Source of the DNA: the human T2T-CHM13v2.0 reference genome, Homo sapiens
DNA: 64,000 nucleotides
Reading direction: 5' to 3' (one strand)
Assembly (NCBI RefSeq): GCF_009914755.1
Contig: NC_060932.1
The position numbers were made by a program, and so were the translations under genes. Positions 51,487 through 64,000 of this stretch are shown piece after piece (positions within the stretch are counted from its first letter, which is position 1; the number at the start of each line of letters is the position of its first letter). The notes under the pieces are model-generated. The model was not told the origin of the DNA. It was given only the letters and a program-made list of their open reading frames with translations, and ran no database searches.

Positions 51487-51729
51487 TTAATAAATGTCAA
51501 AGTCATAACGACAAAGCAAGACTGGAGGAACTACTTCAGATTAAAGCAAACTAAAGAGAGACACAACTAAATGCAACGTGCAGTCCTGGATTGGACAATT
51601 GGCAAAAAGGGAACATGGAGGGTGGATTAAATCGTACTGTATCAAAGTTAAACTTCCTTGTGGTAATTGTAGTTATGTAAGAAAATAAGACTGTCATCGC
51701 ACATCTAGTCTACCAATCAATAGCCCCTA

Positions 51730-52560
51730 GTCCCAAGGCCGCCTCGCCTCCCTGGCTATTTAGTGATGAGTCAGATGATACCTCCCAGCGCTTCGCCCTC
51801 GCCCCCTGACATCCTCCCTATCCCTGCTTTAGGGGCTTTTCCTCTCTTACTGTGCCATACCCTCCACCGTCTCCCCTCCTGTCTCCTGGGCTCTACTCCT
51901 CCCTGCCCTCCTCTGCGTCCTGGCCCTCCCGCTCTCTTCCGCTTTGCGCTCCCAGGCTCCTTCCACCTCCTGCCAGCTCCCTTCCTCCTCCAGGTGCGCA
52001 CCCCCTACCATTAGCCCCGCTGCGCGCTTGCGCTCTACGCCCAAGGGAGCCGGGCTGCAGAGCTGGAGAAACTTCCGCGGCTACGGGTGCAGTTGCCTTC
52101 GGTTCCCGGTTCCGGGCCGACACCCGCGCAGGGCTGAGACAGGTGTCTGCGCTCCCCGCAATGGGCTGCTCCAGCAGCGCCCTCAACAAGGCCGGCGACA
52201 GCAGCAGGTTCCCCAGCGGTGAGCAGGGTACCGGCGCCGCCCGCGCCCGGGCTGGGGACTCGGGTGGGCTAACTCCCCAGGAGGTCCAAAGGGTGTGTCC
52301 CGTGGCCACCCCGCCTGGCAGGAGCCGGGCCTTGTCCCGGAGGATGCGAGCAGAACCCGGGACAAAGCGCGATTTCCTTCCAAATCTGGAGCGGCGCTGC
52401 TGTGACCGCGGGTGCGGCGGCCCTGGTGCGCTCCGCGGCGCTCGCTGCGAGACGCGCGGGGCCCGAGGCCGGGCGCTGGATTCACCCTGTCCGCTGATGG
52501 GATCTCGGGGAGTTGGTGTTGAGGCCCTAAGGCGGTTAGCCTCGGCATTGCCTTAAACAC
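51730..52560 (+). promoter_or_regulatory. ERICH5: ERICH5 CpG island and promoter
   Basis: Dense CpG; pyrimidine-rich upstream tract; NRF1-like GCGCTTGCGC near 52024; ETS ACTTCCG at 52071-52077. Confidence 0.8.
52161..52218 (+). CDS. ERICH5: Glutamate-rich protein 5 (C8orf47), first coding exon; the rest of the gene was not found in the window
   Basis: gcaATGG Kozak context; MGCSSSALNKAGDSSRFPS; G|gtgagc donor; identity from recalled N-terminus and synteny with RPL30. Confidence 0.88.
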
Positions 52561-54644
52561 AGGAGAAATGTCCTATCAAGGCCTTCTACCAAGGCTGGGG
52601 GCGGTGGCTGACGACTGCAATCTCAGCACTTTGGGAGGCTGAGGCGGGACGATCTCTTGAGACCAGAAGTTCGAGAAAAACCTGGGTAACAAAGCGAGAT
52701 CTTCCGCTCCCCCGTCTCTACTAAAACACCAACAAAAAAGACTTTTCCCCATTTACCCTCCCATTAGCGTTTCAGCATCAAAGATGGCAAAAGATGCGGA
52801 GAATCCAGAGGAGCATTCACTCCATCAAATGGGTCCCTGCACTCTGAATAGGTCAGACACACTTTCCCCTATCTTCGGCTTAAGTATCAGTTGAGAAGTA
52901 TGTGTGATCAAAAGTGGTCATCACTGACTCTTGCTGAAGAAACTCAACAAGGACATTTTGAGCATCTGCTATATAATACCCCAGTGCTTGGCTAGATGCT
53001 GGAGATACAAGTGACCCTGTTTGTAGAGATTGAAGATAGAAGAGACAGAAAAGAAACACGTGAAACAATTGGCTAAGATCGTTTCTGACAGTGATAAGTA
53101 CTGTGAAAAGTATAAACGCAGTTACATGAATTAGAGAATGACAGGGTTTTACAGCCGACTCACTTTTCTTAGATTTTGAATGGCTAAAATTTTGGACAAT
53201 GCTATGGAGGTTAAGCAAACTCCGTCAAGCTAGTTTACAGTCTTCTGCAAGGCGAACTTTAGCGGGGATTTTGTACTGGAGTGAATTCCTTTTCACAGAT
53301 TTTCTCTTAGCACCTTGTGTTATTGCAGTAACAGAAATGTCTTCCTCTGATGTTGTTGGTAGAGCGCACCAGACGGTGAGGAATGCTTTTCAAAGCTCAG
53401 CCGCTGTGTCCTAGTCAGAAATATGTTGTGTTGCTGTTATTTTTGTGGTGTATGAGAATTTATTTCTAGTTTCCATAGATAACGGAAAGCAATGACAAGT
53501 CAGGAAGTAAACAAAAAATTAAAAGCATTATAAAAGTAAACCCCTTCTCACTGACAACAATGTGAAAAGATGGAAAAATTCATTTCTAATGCACAGTGCT
53601 CACTAACTTTTCTCCTAAAGAACCCAGAGCTTCCATACCTGCAACAAGAGGACAGAGCAAGGAGTTTCTCCGATGTTTCGATGTTTCGTGTTTTATGTTA
53701 TGAAATTAAGTAGAGTTTTGCATTCTGTTCTATGATAGATTTTTGTGGGTTTCAATATGAAAAGCCGAGGGAAAACAGATGCTTCAGGAAGATACATTTT
53801 ATTATTCTGACTTCTCTACCCCATGCTGTGCTTCAGTTATCCTAGGAGTAGCATCCTGGTTTAACAAGCAGAGTACTGAGTCACCATTACATAGTTTTAA
53901 ACTGATTAAAACATGTATTTCAGGGAATGTAACTTTGGGGCAAAAGTATTCAGTAGGTGGAATGCAGTTTTTAATCCTCTCAGAAAATAATGAATAACTT
54001 TATCTTTAAAAATATTTTATCATCAATATTAATAACTATTCCACGTGAGTTACACTCTTCCATTTTTTATTCTTGCTTTCATTGCTGTTCTGAGTTTTCA
54101 TAGGTGTTGTTATGGAAGAGATGTTAAAATGCCTGACAGCCAGTTCTAGCCCTTAGAAAATTAACCTAATATGCGGCATAAATTGCTCAACACACACGTT
54201 GAATCAATCAACAGGTCTATTTGCTTCTAACCCTCGATCAAACAATACTCTCTTGTAATTAGATACTATTCTGTGTTCATCAACATTTCAGCTTCATGAT
54301 CTTAGGCCCGATAAATAATTCATTCCTGTTTCTGCACCTTGCAACTTCTTTAAATCCTATATACAACCTCAAGCTTGTGTGTACATACTTTTAGACAAAA
54401 ACAGTTCAAGTTTATTACATGTCTGGTACATGCATTTATTCACTGTACTCTCAGTGCCTAACAACGCTTGGCATATAATAGGTCCTCAGTAATTATTTGT
54501 TGAATGAATTACTTCATTTAATCCTTATAACAATGTTATGACTAAATATTATGGTTGTCCTGTTTTTACAGATAAGAGTAAATAATTTATCCAAGGTCAC
54601 AGAGCTTCTAAGAATCAGAGCTGGGCTTTGAACTCATATGCTTT

Positions 54645-63875
<9,231 letters not shown>

Positions 63876-64000
63876 TTAGCAAACCCAGCTAATTCTGTGA
63901 AGTGAAGGAAGCTTGGGAAAAAATCTCACTCCCCAGCGTGGAGCTCACTTAAACCAGCTCAGGCCTTTGATTCATGGCTAAATCAATATCCTTATATTAT

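Noticed and set aside
63986-63993. Second ATATCCTT U12-like donor
   Set aside because: No upstream exon identified; an 8-mer is expected about once per 64 kb by chance

Overview
Human (primate) genomic DNA, recognisable from the encoded proteins as the MATN2-RPL30-ERICH5 interval (chr8q22). It is spliced, Alu-dense eukaryotic DNA, so almost all of the supplied ORF track is Alu, SVA or low-complexity noise. Supported genes: (1) the last nine coding exons of MATN2 (+): three EGF exons, vWA2, the unique region with a tandem acceptor, and a coiled coil split by a U12-type AT-AC intron; (2) the complete RPL30 gene (-), with 5'TOP/TCT start, five exons and 115 aa, hosting the H/ACA snoRNA SNORA72 in its last intron; (3) the CpG island and first coding exon of ERICH5 (+), starting MGCSSS. 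Mobile DNA includes dozens of Alus, a full-length SVA with TSD, a polyadenylated 3'-truncated U6 retrocopy, THE1/MLT LTRs, L1 fragments and DNA transposon relics. I see no evidence for a wholly new gene system. The best leads are a possible U2/U12 splice switch that would truncate the matrilin-2 coiled coil without NMD, a perfect 30-nt locally templated insertion inside an Alu, fold-back palindromes, and a possible unproductive splice donor in RPL30. Exon coordinates were read base by base; repeat boundaries and subfamilies are by eye and approximate.
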